Source of the DNA: an uncultured virus (IMG/VR IMGVR_UViG_3300049043_000106)
Taxonomy: Duplodnaviria; Heunggongvirae; Uroviricota; Caudoviricetes
Strand: one strand, 5' to 3'
IMG/VR virus record: IMGVR_UViG_3300049043_000106
DNA length: 64,000 nt
Positions 33,414 to 45,924 of the stretch are shown piece after piece. The notes under the pieces are model-generated. The model made no database searches and was not told where the DNA came from. It saw only the letters and a program-made list of their open reading frames with translations. Numbering within the stretch: position 1 is the stretch's first letter; every line of letters begins with the position of its first letter. The position numbers were made by a program, and so were the translations under genes.

Positions 33414-35000
33414 ATGGCTACCAAGACCTACAAGAGAGCTAGCACTTGGGCTGCTGAGGCTGAGCACGCTCAGGTTAGAGAATGAAGCCCTTCGAGCCCG
33501 TCTTTCCGGTCGTACGGCGCCTTCCGGGCCCGGGGAACCCTCTACTCGTGTTGTTGAGGGACCCACTGATGATGACCCTATGATTGTGGACCCAAGACCT
33601 GATGCTGGAGCTACTAGGGCTGCTGATAACCCTACCGACCCTACGGGTGATGACGGAGCCCCTCCGGGGACGGATAACCCCCATACGGAGCACCCCAGTG
33701 GAGACCGAGCAAGAGAGGGTCAAGCTCAGGGTCCTGTTGTGATTTTTGGGGTTGATATCAGTGCCTTGAGGGATGCTGGGATGTCTGAGCAAGATATTGT
33801 CCTTGTGTTGAGTACGAAGGCCGGGAAGAGGCTCCGAGAGTACCCTGAGCAGGATAGGGCAATGCTTGACCTGATGAAGAGTATTAGGTTCCCCAATTTG
33901 GAGAGTGTGCCCAGTGATGAGGACCTTGATCACTTCTTTGATCAGGTCTCTAGGTTTGTGAAGGCCAAGGGTGAAGTGGGTGTGATTGCCAGTGATGCAC
34001 ATGTGATTGATCTGGCTTTGAATCATGCTAAGGGCCTGTCCTACAACTGCATCAAGGGGTCACTTTGAAGCATGGTATGGCTGCCACTTGGAAGCATGTT
34101 GAGGAGGCACTGAGGTTGGCTTTTGGTGACAAGAATCCAGCTGCAACTAGGAGGGCCAAGTTGGCTAAGTTGTGGTGGAAGGAGGGCACTCTTGGGGAGC
34201 ATGTTATTCGTTTCCGGGATGTGCTGTATGCCTGTATGCAAGATGCTGAGCCACCCAGTTCTGCTTATGCATGTGACCACTTCAAGAGGTCCATTAGGGA
34301 CCACAAGGAGCTCAGTGCCATGCTTGAGAGGAGGCCTGATTGGACTGATTGGACGGACATTGAGGAGTTGCTCAACATGGCTACTATGGCCTTTGGGAAG
34401 TGGACCTTTGCCAAGGACAGTGGCAAGGCCAAGGAGGGAGGCAAGGGTCACCATATGGCTGGTGGTGGAGGACGCAAGAGAGCTAAGTTTGAGGGCTCTG
34501 GGCATGGCTTTGGGGGTGGTCATCATGGGTTTAATGGTGGTCATCAAGTGTTCTCTGTTGGCTCACATCATGGGTCAGATAGGAGCAGTGGTAGCCACTT
34601 TTCCGGTGATGGTTATCGTGGCAGAGGCCGAGGTTTCAGAGGTAGAGGATGGAGGGAGAGAGGTGGCTATGGGAGGGGAGGTGGCTTCAGAGATGGTGGC
34701 TTTGGTAGAGGTTCAAGAGGCAGAGGTAGGGGTGGTCAGTCATGGTCACATCAAGGTACCCAGGGGAATGCGTCTTTCCAGTCTGTGGTTGATCAGGTTA
34801 GGTCAGTGGCTGGGCCTTCTGCATCCCAGGACACTGGTGGTTTGAAGTTGATGTTGGGGCCCAAGGCTGAGCAGTGGTACAAGGCCAATGATAGGTGTTG
34901 GAAGTGTGGTAAGCCTGGGCACAGCAAGAAGGAGTGTAGGTCTAGGATGTACATGAAGGCAGCTGACTTGCCTGCTGACCAGGATGACTGTAACATGGTT
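33414..35000 (+). CDS. gag: Gag of element E (frameshifted)
   Basis: ATG at 33414; capsid-like region; RGG-rich tract; CCHC knuckle CWKCGKPGHSKKEC at 34896-34937. Confidence 0.85.
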
Positions 35001-35194
35001 CCCAGATATGAGGAGGTCCCTGGGGCTTTGGGTGAGCATGTAGTGGCTGATGTCCCTCCTCTTGACCCACCTTTACTTCACTCTGTCTCTGGGGTTGCCG
35101 TGTCTCCCACTGTAACTCATACACAGGCTGCACCTGTCCCTTTGTCTGTTGGGGAGTGTCTTAGACAACAGGTGCAGCAGGAGTCACCCAACCA

Positions 35195-35625
35195 AAATAG
35201 GAGAGTGAGACCTGATGTGTTGCTGAAGATCAGAGGGTTGGTACCTCATGAGTTCACACTTGAGGCATGCTCTGATGTTGAGGGAGCAAATGCTGTGTTA
35301 GGTGGTGTCACGCGGTGTAGCATACGTGATAGCTTCATGGGTATGGATCTCAGAGGTCACCACATTTGGATGAACCCTCCTTTCAGCAATAGCATCCCCT
35401 TCATCAAGCATTACATTGAGCAAAAGGCCAAGTGTGGTGCTATGTCTTGTGTTGTGATGTTGCCACAAGGGAGCAAGGGTGCTAGGTTGGTGCATGACTG
35501 GCAGAAGCTGGTTACCTTTCCAGTTGGTTCCTTTCTGTTTCAGTCACCTTCCAAGAAGGATCCCAGCAAGTTTGTGAACATGAAGGGTTGTCCTTTTGCT
35601 GTGGATGTGTGGTATGATCCTCCCA
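35195..35625 (+). CDS. Dam-like (N6-adenine/N4-cytosine) DNA methyltransferase domain in frame with Gag of element E
   Basis: HEFTLEACSDVEGANA (motif I-like), DSFMGMDLRGHHIWMNPPFS (motif IV, NPPF at 35373-35384), SCVVMLP. Same pattern as phage N6-adenine MTases (F.LD.CA...N...D.L...W....W.NPPY...V.L.P). Confidence 0.8.
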
Positions 35626-35699
35626 CTGCATCTCACTTGTGTCCTGTGGGGGATTGTGTGGAGAGCATACCTTCCTTTGTGTTCGGCGGAACCCTTGGT

Positions 35700-38600
35700 A
35701 CCTGCTCAAGCTCAGGTTGGTATCACTACCAAGAAGATCTTGTTGGACACTGGAGCTTCCACTTGCTTTGTGGACAAGAAGTGGCTGGAGAAGCACTTGC
35801 CACACAAGCTTAGGAGGCTCAGGAACATGCCTGGCCAAGTGGATCATGTGGTGTTGGCCAATGGCACACAGCAGCCTGTCTTAGGTTGGATACGATTGGC
35901 GTTGCGCATCGGTGAGTACCGTGGGAGTGTCCAATGTCTTGTGACTGATCTTGGTCAGTATGAGCTGATCTTGGGGGACAAGTGGTTGCAAGAGCACAGA
36001 GCATACCTTGACTATGACACAAGGTCAGTGGTATTGAGGCATGGGAATAGGAGGATGACCATTAGGCCAGAGAGTGATGTACCAGTGAGGCAGAATTCTG
36101 GAGGGCAAGGAGACTTGAAGCTTGTGTCTTACTTGCAGTGCAAGAGGGCCTTGAGGAAAGGTTGCACTCTCTCAGTGATCATGGTTAGGCCTTTGGGAGC
36201 TCAGGTGCATCTCAACTCTGTCACCATTCAGTCTCGAGTCAGATGTCCGGAAGTTCTTGCATGACATGGGGACAAGGAGCTCACAGACCTGTGCAGTGAG
36301 TTCTACCATAGGTTTCCACCTCCACCTGGGTATGAGGCTACTGATAGGCCTTTCTTTGTGGACCATACCATCCCCACACCTGGTAACCCTAGGCCAAGGT
36401 ACAAGTACACCAGTAGGTTGACACCTAGGGAGAGGGAGGAGCTCGAGAAGCAGCTCAAGGAGCTGCTGGCTAAGGGGTTGATAGAGCCATCCACATCACC
36501 ATTTGGGGCACCTGTCTTGTTTGTTAGGAAGAAGGATGGGAGCCTTAGGTTGTGCATTGACTATAGGGCTCTCAATGCCATCACTTCTAGGAACCCTTAC
36601 CCCTTGCCTAGGATTGATGAGCTGATTGACAAGCTGAGTCATGCCAAGTACTTCACGAGTCTTGATCTGGCTACCGGGTATCACCAGAATTAGGATCAAG
36701 CAAGGAGGATGTTCCCAAGACTGCATTTAGCACTCCTTTTGGTCACTTTCAGTGGAAGGTTCTCATTGAAGGACTAACCAATGCCCCAGCCACTTTCCAA
36801 GCTCTGATGGACAGGATCTTTACCGGAGACTTCAAGGAGTTCATGTGTGTGTACATTGATGATCTGCTGATTTTTAGCAAGACCAGAGAGGAGCACCTTG
36901 CCCACTTGAGGAGGGTGTTTGAGAGGCTCACTGAGGCCAAGCTCTATGTGAAGTTGCCCAAGTGTGAGTTCATGAGGAGTGAGGTAAAGTTCTTGGGGCA
37001 TGTGGTGTTCTGCTAAGGGTGTGAAGCCTGACCCTGCCAAGGTGCAAGTGATAGAGGAATGGAAGACACCTGGTAGTGTGAGTGAGGTCCAGAGTTTCTT
37101 GGGCCTTGGGCAATACTTCAAGAGGTATATCAAGGGGTACTCAGGGATTGTGTGGCCCTTGACTGATCTCACAAGGAAGGGGCATGAGTGGGAGTGGACT
37201 GAGAAGTGTCAGATTGCCTTTGATGCACTCAAGAAGGCACTGGTGTCTGCTCCTGTGTTGGCCATCTATGATCCCACCAAGGAGACTGAGGTTGTGGTGG
37301 ATGCAAGCAAGAAGGCTCTAGGTGCTGTGTTACTGCAAGATGGGCACCCTGTGGCCTTTGAGAGTAGGAAGTTGCTGCCTGCGGAGACGAGGTATGACAC
37401 GGGTAACCGGGAGTTGCTTGCAGTTGTGCATGCACTCATGACATGGAGGCATTACTTAGAGGGTGTGCCTTTCAAGCTCATCACTGATCATGAACCCAAC
37501 ACATTCTTCAAGAGCATCTCTCCATGGAATGATAGGCAAGCTAGGTGGTACCAGAAGATGGCAAGGTTCACCTTTACCTGGGTGTATAGGAAGGGTGTTC
37601 TGAATTGTGCTGACCCACTCAGGTAGGATTCCTGAGCTCATGGGGGATAGTGGGGTGCAAGACACACATGTATCTTTGCATGTCATGACCAGAGCACAAG
37701 CTAGGAGGCAAAGGGAGGTGGTGGACCCTGATGATCAGGTCATGCCATCTGTTGATCCTGCTGACACCATTCCTGAGTTTGTTCCCGGTGATCGCGTTCC
37801 CGATGACATGGATGATGAGGTGCAAGAGTTGGCTGATGAGGCTCAGCCTTTGGAGGAGCTTTGGGAGGTCTCAAACCTATCAAGGGCTAGGCTTGTGGCT
37901 GCCTATGTTGGCCCTGAGTGGACCAAGGAGTTGGAGGAAAATCAGGTTAAGTTCGAGCGGGGTACCGGTGTGAATTCTGACTTGTGGTACTACAATGGTA
38001 GGATCGTGGTACCGAGTCATGCAAAGCACAAGGTGCTGAGGCAATTGATCATCAGAGAGCACCATGACACACCTCTTGCTGGTCATCAAGGAGTGGCTAG
38101 GACAAAGGAGTCCATCAGTAGGTTGTTCTGGTGGAAGGGGTTGCATCAGGAGGTGTGCAAGTATGTGCATGGGTGTAGGCAATGCGCAGTGAGCAAGCAC
38201 AGTAGACAGAAGCCCTTTGGTTTGCTTCAACCACTGCCACCACCTAAGTATTGTTGGGAGGAGGTCACTATGGACTTTGTCACTGGTCTTCCCACCACTT
38301 TGGAGGGGGAGGATACCATTGTTACCTTTGTGGATAGGTTCAGCAAAATGGTGCACTTCATTCCTTGTACAACAAAGGGGTTAGACACCATCAAGTTGGC
38401 TGGCATCTTCATGAGGGAAGTGTTCAAGCATCATGGTTTGCCAAGCAAGATCTACAGTGATAGGGACCCCAAGATGAACAACATATGGTGGAGAGAAGTC
38501 ATGGCTAGGTTGGGCACAAGGTTGGGTTTCAGCACTGCATTCCATCCCATGACTGATGGGCAGACTGAGGTGTTCAATAGGTCATTGGAGGAGGTGCTTA

Positions 38601-39373
38601 GGTGCTTCATCACACCTGATATGACCAATTGGTCTTCACTCTTGCCTTGTGTGGAGTTTGCTCTCAATAGCCATAGGCATGAGGTGACAAGGGAGACACC
38701 ATTCTTCCTTAACTATGGGAGGCACCCAGCTAGGCCTGTGGATCTAACCTTTCAGTCTTTGCACAAGCTGGACAAGAACTCTAAGGATGCTCAGGCACAA
38801 GCTGCTGAGTGGCACAAGGCCATCAAGAGGACTCAGGAGTTGCTAGAGGCTAATGCCTCAAGGATGAGCCAGAGGGAGAACCTCAAGAGGAAGGACCACC
38901 CATTCAAGGAAGGTGACATGGTGTGGCTGAGTTCTAGGAACTTTACTTGGAAGCATGGAGCTAGGAAGTTGTGTCCAAAGTACATGGGGCCTTTCAAGTT
39001 GCTGAGGGCAGTAGGTCCTGTTGCCTTTGCTGTGGAGTTGCCTGCTGAGTGGAAGATCCACAATGTGTTCCATGTCTCTCTGTTCAAGCCTGTCAGTGAG
39101 CACTTGAGGTACAAGTACCCCAAGCCTGTCAAGGTTGTGAGTGGCATTCCAGAGTGGGAGGTCAAGCAGATTTTGAGGCACAGAGATGTTGGGAGAGGGC
39201 TCAAGGAGTACCTTGTTGCTTGGACTGGTTTTGGTCCTGAGTTTGACAGCTGGCTGAGAGAGGAGCAGCTGGAAGGCAGCCCTGTGTTGCTGTCTGAGTA
39301 TCATCATGCCAAGAGGCTCAACCCTCAGTGGGGTCAGAGTGCTGAGGATGTGGAGGATGTGAGAGACCCCTGA
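35700..39373 (+). CDS. pol: Pol of element E (PR, RT, RNase H, integrase, chromodomain), split by a few indels
   Basis: [80 protein letters not shown]. Confidence 0.95.
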
Positions 39374-40160
39374 TCAGTGGGAGCAACCTCAGAGTGAGGC
39401 TCTGCTGTGGTTGGAGTTGCAGTTCGCTGAGTGATGCACTGCCATGGGCTACTGGGTTACCTTGGAGTATGAGGAGTTGGAGATGGAGTGGAGTGGTACC
39501 CAGTGGAGTGGAGGGAGTGGGGCACTGCTCTGCATTGTGTAGAAGGGTGTATGTTGGTCACAGGCTCCAGGAGACATCGGAGCCCCTCTGGGTATGTTCT
39601 CTGTTTGAGGGCAGTGGGTGCTGTCGCAATCTCCTCTTCGGGCATGGGCGTGTTGTCCCTAGCATGACCAGCTATGAGCCAGTGCTGGCTGTTCCTCATA
39701 GTAAGATATCAGGAGCTTGTGATCTCACCCTTGTGTACCCAGCACACCAGCCACTTTGCATCAGTGTGAGATGGGAGGTGGGAGCTGCCATGGCCCAGCA
39801 GTTTGGCCCACAAGGTGGATATGTTGCTGCTTGGAGGATGTATGAGTTGGAGCAGCTGTTGGCAAGTCAAATGCCACTGCAATGTAGTTGTGTGTTGGAC
39901 ACTTGTGGTGTGGTTTTCAGCCCTTGACTTGCTTGAGGTTGCTAGCATTGGACTTATGACTTGGCACCTAGGTTGTGTGCTGAGTTAGACTCAGCTAGGA
40001 GCTGATGTCCCTTGTCAATTGTGGGGCACAGTGCTGAGGTTTTTACTCCTTGCCCTTGCGGGTGAAGGTTTTTCCCTCTATGTGCTTAGTATGTCTTTGG
40101 TGCCTACCTTTAGTTGGCTGAGTTCTGCGGCCAGGAGGCCTTGGATTTAAAGGGGGGAGT

Positions 40161-40481
40161 TGTTACGGCCATAGGGCTTTGACACCCCTTGTAGACCTCG
40201 TTTAGGAGCCGTTTAGGACCGTTATGACCTCGTGGACCAGGGGTTTAGGGGCTTGGATAGGTTTGGAGTGCCCTTGGGAGCCCTTGGAGGGTAGTTGGAC
40301 CCTTGGTTGGAGGGAAAGTGAGATAGTTGGCAGGTGGTAGTAGGTGTTTTGGCGCCCTTGAGATCTTGGTGGCAAGGGCATGGTGTCCCTTGTGTGTTTG
40401 TATATAGCTTGTGGGCGCGCTAAGTTGCTTGGTTGTTGTAAGTTTGGAGTAAGGAGAGGCTTGTAAGGAGTAAGGAAGACA
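40161..40481 (+). repeat. 3' LTR of E (terminus altered or clipped)
   Basis: Starts TGTTACGGCC after the PPT; match to the 5' LTR stops at ~40476. Confidence 0.93.
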
Positions 40482-40888
40482 GCTTGCCATATACAAGCTG
40501 AAGGATTCGTACAAGCACCTTCAAGAGCCAAAACAAGGTCCACATCGTGCTCTAAATCCGTCCTTCTCGTACTTCCCGTACTAGATTCCAAGAATTAGCC
40601 CCGCACTTGATGCTCGGTACGGTAGTCCCATCCTCGTACCGCTCGTAACAAGGTGGTGTACATCATGCAAGACCCCTAGAAAAGTGACCATAACTTCTGA
40701 TTCACTCATCAGGTTCATGTGTAATCGGGATGCTCTGGAAGCTCTCGACGAGCACAATACCATTATGAGAATCAACGGTACTTTCCCGCAAGTGGACACC
40801 CATGCAGAAGCGTTCTGGTGTTGGATGCCGGTCTAAATCTTCTGTACTTCAACCGCAACAACAAGAAGCTCCTGAGCTAGTGGGATTG

Positions 40889-41443
40889 CACCGTCCTCCA
40901 ACGCCTAAACTCCCCGTTGTGTTAAGCCGTGGGACTCCGTGTGAGGAGCCACGTGCTTCGTGTGTACAAGGGCTCTAGGCCCAGGGCACTAGGTCCCCTT
41001 GTTTTATCCAAAACCCCAGTGTTACTCAGAACCCTTCGGAGTGACCCCCAGAAGGGGCTAGGGCCGTGGGACCCGGCCGTTATCTCTGTATCGAGTCCCT
41101 CGGGTCTTGACGTCGACCCGTGTGGGCCGTGTCAGGGGCCCTCGGTGGGTTGTCACGTCGGTTCAAGGGGCCCTGGCCCCCAGGGTGTCCCCTTCGGACC
41201 GGTGGGACCTTTCACCGGTTTGGTTTGAAAGCCCTCACGGTCCCCTTGGACCGGCGGCGGCCGCCGTCGCCCGGGAAGCTGCCCTCTGGGCGGGCATAAC
41301 CGGCGTCTAGGCTTCGAATTCACGTTTGGTCTGCTAAGGCACGACAGCGGGCGAAGCTGTCGGCGCCGGCCTTCAGCAACTGTTGTAAGGGTGTCAGTAA
41401 GCGCCATTGACAGATGCCACTGAGCCAGGTAGCCCCCCACGAG
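40889..41443 (+). repeat. 5' LTR of D (first ~9 nt missing; 3' boundary approximate)
   Basis: Clear match to 51162-51603 up to 41313, weak beyond; CTTGGTTTCGG PBS-like at ~41444. Confidence 0.7.
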
Positions 41444-43976
41444 CTTGGTTTCGGTCACGTGGTTTACGTATCCAGGGCGCCCTACTCGTATCCAACTAGA
41501 CCGCGTGTCCATGTTTAAGCCCGTCACGAGCTTTCCGTAGTGCCCCTCCTGCTTAAACGAATGGCAGATGAATGGTGCCATTCATGGCCATTCATGAGGG
41601 GGCACTGAGCCCCCCCTCTAGTTTCACTAGTTATTGGTGGTGTGGGCCGACGCTACTGGCGTAGGTTTTGCTTAGTACGTCGTGTTACTAATTAGCCGCG
41701 GGCCGGTCCGTGCACCAGCCGGTTCTGGCGTGTCCACCACCGTGTCCATTGCTCGGGGCCTTACCAGCTTGTAGGCGCCAGGGCAACGCCTGAGTGTGGA
41801 CGTGCTGAGTAGGTGCAAAGCCGGCACCAGGTGTTATTAGCAGGGCTCTCGTCTAGGACCCGTTGTGCTTAAGGCGGCCCTCTTGGCGACGCCTCTCGCG
41901 CGCGGCTGTCCAAATCCCGGTTCCGCGCCATCGGCGGCGGTGGCCTTATGGAAGGACCATACTGTCAGCTCTGTGTGGCAGTGGCGTGTCCAGGTAGCAC
42001 CGAGACTGTGGTCAAGTGGTGCTCAGAAGCACCGTGTGAGGTTCAGCTTGTTAGCGACAGTGGCCTGACAACAGGTTCGAGTCAGCCGACCTGAGAATTG
42101 CCATGAGTTCGGTCGGCATTGGGTACGCCGCGTGTCCTTCTAGGAAGGCAGCAGTCAGGCTAACCTTGTGCGACGTTTAAGCTATTGCAACCAGTCGTGA
42201 TGTTGCTCGGCTATCTGATGCTGATTGTGGTGGCGCTGTCAAGCGCCCCACACGGGTTGAACTTAACACTTGTGCTGGCGTGGAAGCCCTAGCAGGCAGG
42301 TAGCTACCCCGATAAGGTAGGGTGGTCACATACTCAGTCAAGTTACCCAAGCTATCGACTCAGCTTCTTAGGTCAGATTGCAGCTTCCCAGGTCGAACCC
42401 CCACGACCTGAAGGTAAGGATTTTGACCAAGCTGAGCCGTTTGCCTGCCTGTGCGAACGCCGCACTTGAGGGGGAACCCTCTTCGGACCAAGCGCGGAGA
42501 CCGGTTCCACTCTCGTGCCGGCTGCCGACCTGGCGGTAGGACACTACAAGAGGTTCTTGTAAGTGTCGGAGGGATGAGGTGCTATTCTATGCCCTTAAGC
42601 GAGGGTAGTAAGTGCGGGGATCAATTAGAAGAGATAATTGATGTCATCCGCAATTAGATCATTTGCAATCATTGCAATTCATAACCTGAATTTTGGTATT
42701 TTCGCGGCTTCGGCCCTTGCAGTTGTGCATGAAATTGGCACTGCAGGGCAGCCATGCATTCCTGAGTGGTCTTGGCTGTGCCCAGGGCAGCCTTGATCCT
42801 TGTTGTGCTCGTGCCCCAGGGCGAGCCGAGCAAAACCCCGAACCTTCTATGGGTTCTCATAGTGCATGCCGTCATTTCACATCATTGTGAAATAGGTATT
42901 GCTGTGATTTTGCACCAATTGTTTATGTTATGGCTGATTGTGCCCTGTGGCCTATCACCATACATTGCAATTGATTGTTTATGAATATTTGGGTACTGAT
43001 TGTATGACAGATCTGATTGAAGTGGTAACTCACTATCGAGTTATCGTTAAGCTTCGTCGGACTGGATACAAGTACCACTATAGTTTTGAGCACACAAGTG
43101 ATTGTATGGGCTAAACGTGAGACTTTTCAGCCCACTAATTAGTCCACTATGATCACTTGGGGAGTAAGTAGGAAAAACATAAAAATTCCTCCTTACTGGC
43201 CCACTACCCTTCGGGATCAAAAACCTGCCCACTTAATGTCACGAACCTCGTGCATTTTTGGGATAAGGGTAGAACCTGATTTGTGCATACGTGGGTACAT
43301 GTTTGCCCAAACCAGGTGTCGGATGAACTCTCAATAGGCCAGTGCCAAGTGGCCAGGCCCTGGGAGGTAATATCCGTCTGTACTGCCTCGAGAGCAGCCG
43401 TATAAAATTTTTCTTTCTTTCGGTGTACCCTCTATTGGTACACCCACTGTAGTTGAAAATAGAACTCTCGGGGCAGGGTAGGTTTTGAGTAGGACTCTCT
43501 ACCCCTGTCTATGCGTTTTCTCACTACTAGGTGACCGTTGTGCTAGGATACGTTGGGTATCGGATGTCGGTGATCCTATAACCCAAGAAAAGCCAATAGG
43601 CTATATTGTAACCAGGACACAACGGATTCACATTCACCGGCAATGGGTGAACGAGGAATGGGCCCCTCGGAATCCTAACCGGGCGAGAGACGTGAGAGTT
43701 AGGACAACTTCGCTAAATTTTGAGAGTAGGATGTGTTAGTTTCTTTCCTCAATAGGAACTTGTGTTTAAAATAGGTACCTTGTTGAGAGACTTCTAGGAA
43801 CTCCTTAGGAACTCCCTAGGAATCGCATGAGGTATGCATCTTGCATGGGTTATAGGGGTTAGGTATAACCTCTCTGTAATTAGGTCAAGATCATACCCAA
43901 CCTCCACTGAGTAGGTACCCGTCTTGAGTCCCTAAACTGAGTCCGTCGTTTTGTCTTACTCTCATGAAGGCATAAG

Positions 43977-45841
43977 ATGTCTAGACGAGCTAGGTTAAGC
44001 TCTATGAGGTTAGGAGACACTGTGTCCCCAGCTCAGCCTGGTTGTATCCGCACCGGTTACTACTCAGGCAGTCGATGATTCTTCCTTGAGTCAGGAGAAC
44101 AGGACCGATCCACAGGGAATTAGTCCTGATGAAACTAGTGGGGACCTTGCCACCTTAGTCTCTTCCTTGAAGGAGCAGAATCCAGTCTGGGTTCAAGTCC
44201 CTGAGTGATAGGCTTGACACCATTGAGGAACAGCATCACGAGTTACAGGGTGCTGTGTCCTATATAGACAAGTATTTGTCTGGTCAAGTGGATGATGAGG
44301 AGGAACCCATGGATGGGGTTGAAGAGGAGGTCAATCCAAGCATGCCACCTTTGGTAGATGAGCATGGTATTGCATGCATGGCTCCTGATGTCAAGGCATG
44401 CTGATGTCTGGTCCTTCCCTCCTTCCCATCTCCAGTCGTGAAGTCCCACATGCATCTGGGCCATCAGTCAGTGAGTTCTATACCACTAAGGCTGGTGAGA
44501 GGGCACGAGTTACTACCGAGTGTCCTCCTTTCAATCTCTCTTCTGAGATGCTTCCCTTCGGTATTATCAGGCATCCGCCTCCTGCGAGCACGGCTCCTGC
44601 GAGCACGGCTCCTCCCTCAACCATTTTCCTTGATGGTGCTGAGGACTTGGGTACTGTAGATGCAGCTGTACCAGCGAATCCAGTGCTTGCGGCTATCTCC
44701 ACGTTGGGGAAGTCGATCGTGAGTGCTATCCGACCTCACTCAGATTCTGGGGTTCTCAAGCACATCAGAATGCCGACACTTTCTGAGTTACCCAGACGAG
44801 CAACTGGAGAAGTACTTTGAAGATGTAGAGCGGTATATCGCGGCTCACAAGCCGTCTACTCAGCAGTTGCATATCACGTTGCTTATTGCACTGAAAAATG
44901 ACATCTACATCTTCGCCAAGGGTATAGTTGACCGTTATGCTGCTAGGTATGATGGTAATCTGTGTCCTTGGGGTGTGATTAAGCAGGCCTTTATCATTCA
45001 GTACCAGTCAAAGAATCCCAGGGAAGTAGTCGTGAAAAAGCTACTTAACCTGACCTGGACTGAGGGTAGGCTTGCAGATCATATTAATAGGTTTACGCAT
45101 CTGCTGAACATTCTGGAGAAGCATGATCCCATGGCTGAACCAAATTACATCAGGATTTTCATTCGCAGTCTTAGGAATCACCCTGATGTGCAGAAGAAAC
45201 TTGAGCTCACTCCCATGTATGAGCAGTGGAAGACATTGGGTGCATTACTGGACACTGCACATAACTTGGGTACTAAGGAGATTGAGAAGAAACATGGTGG
45301 TGAACCTCCTGCTAAGAAGCAGAAACTTGAGCATTCCTGGCAGAAGGATAATAAGGATAGGCCTCAGTGGAAACCACGTGGTGGATACCGGGGTCGTGGT
45401 TTTCGTGGTCGTGGTAGGGGTTCTTATCGTGGTGGTCATTTTGATCGGGATAGGTTTACCCCTCGCAATGACAATCCCAGTGGTGGTAATAACCAATCAA
45501 GGGGTGGTCAGAATTTCAGAGGTGGTCGGGGTGGTAATCAGGCTCCACAGGGGCGTAAAGTTGCCATCCTCTCTGATGCAGCAAGACAGATTTACACTAC
45601 CAAGAAGCTGTGTTTTAGGTGTGGTAAATCTGGGCATGAGAGTAGGGACTGCCGGGTTGATGTGGCTTTGGCCAATGAGGTCAAGAACATGCCTGGTTGT
45701 AAAGTAGCTTGGCAGTATGTTGAGGTCCCTATTGAAGATGTACCTGAAACATCTACACCTCTTGTGCATGATCTTCAAGTTACTAATAATAGTACTTGTG
45801 AGATGGCTGTTCAAACTGATGACTACTCCTGTGTTTCCTAA
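43977..45841 (+). pseudogene. gag: Gag of element D (frameshifted)
   Basis: Capsid-like region similar to E Gag (LTWTEGRLADHINRF vs LWWKEGTLGEHVIRF), RGG tract, CFRCGKSGHESRDC knuckle. Confidence 0.88.
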
Positions 45842-45924
45842 AGTAAAAAGGATTAGAGTATAAGACCAAAGTAGGTCATACTCAAGCAAGAAGCTATATG
45901 AAAAGGTAAATAGGTTAAATCAGG

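Larger units (their letters stand above)
31820..40481 (+). mobile_element. Near-complete chromovirus-type Ty3/Gypsy element E carrying a Dam-like methyltransferase
   Basis: Paired ~320-bp LTRs, PBS-like TGGTTTTTGGAGC (32137), gag-MTase-pol-chromodomain, PPT AAAGGGGGGAG (40149-40159). Confidence 0.95.

Noticed and set aside
35195..35625. Bacterial or phage contamination, or a restriction-modification locus
   Set aside because: The domain is in frame with Gag, shares the element's codon bias, and recurs at the same position in other elements.
31820..40481. DIRS element (since DIRS carry Dam-like domains)
   Set aside because: It has an aspartic protease, DDE integrase, chromodomain, direct LTRs and a PPT; no tyrosine recombinase was seen.
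44180..44205. GGGTTCAAGTCCC as a tRNA T-arm/B-box
   Set aside because: It lies in the gag reading frame of D (..NPVWVQV..) and I see no surrounding cloverleaf.
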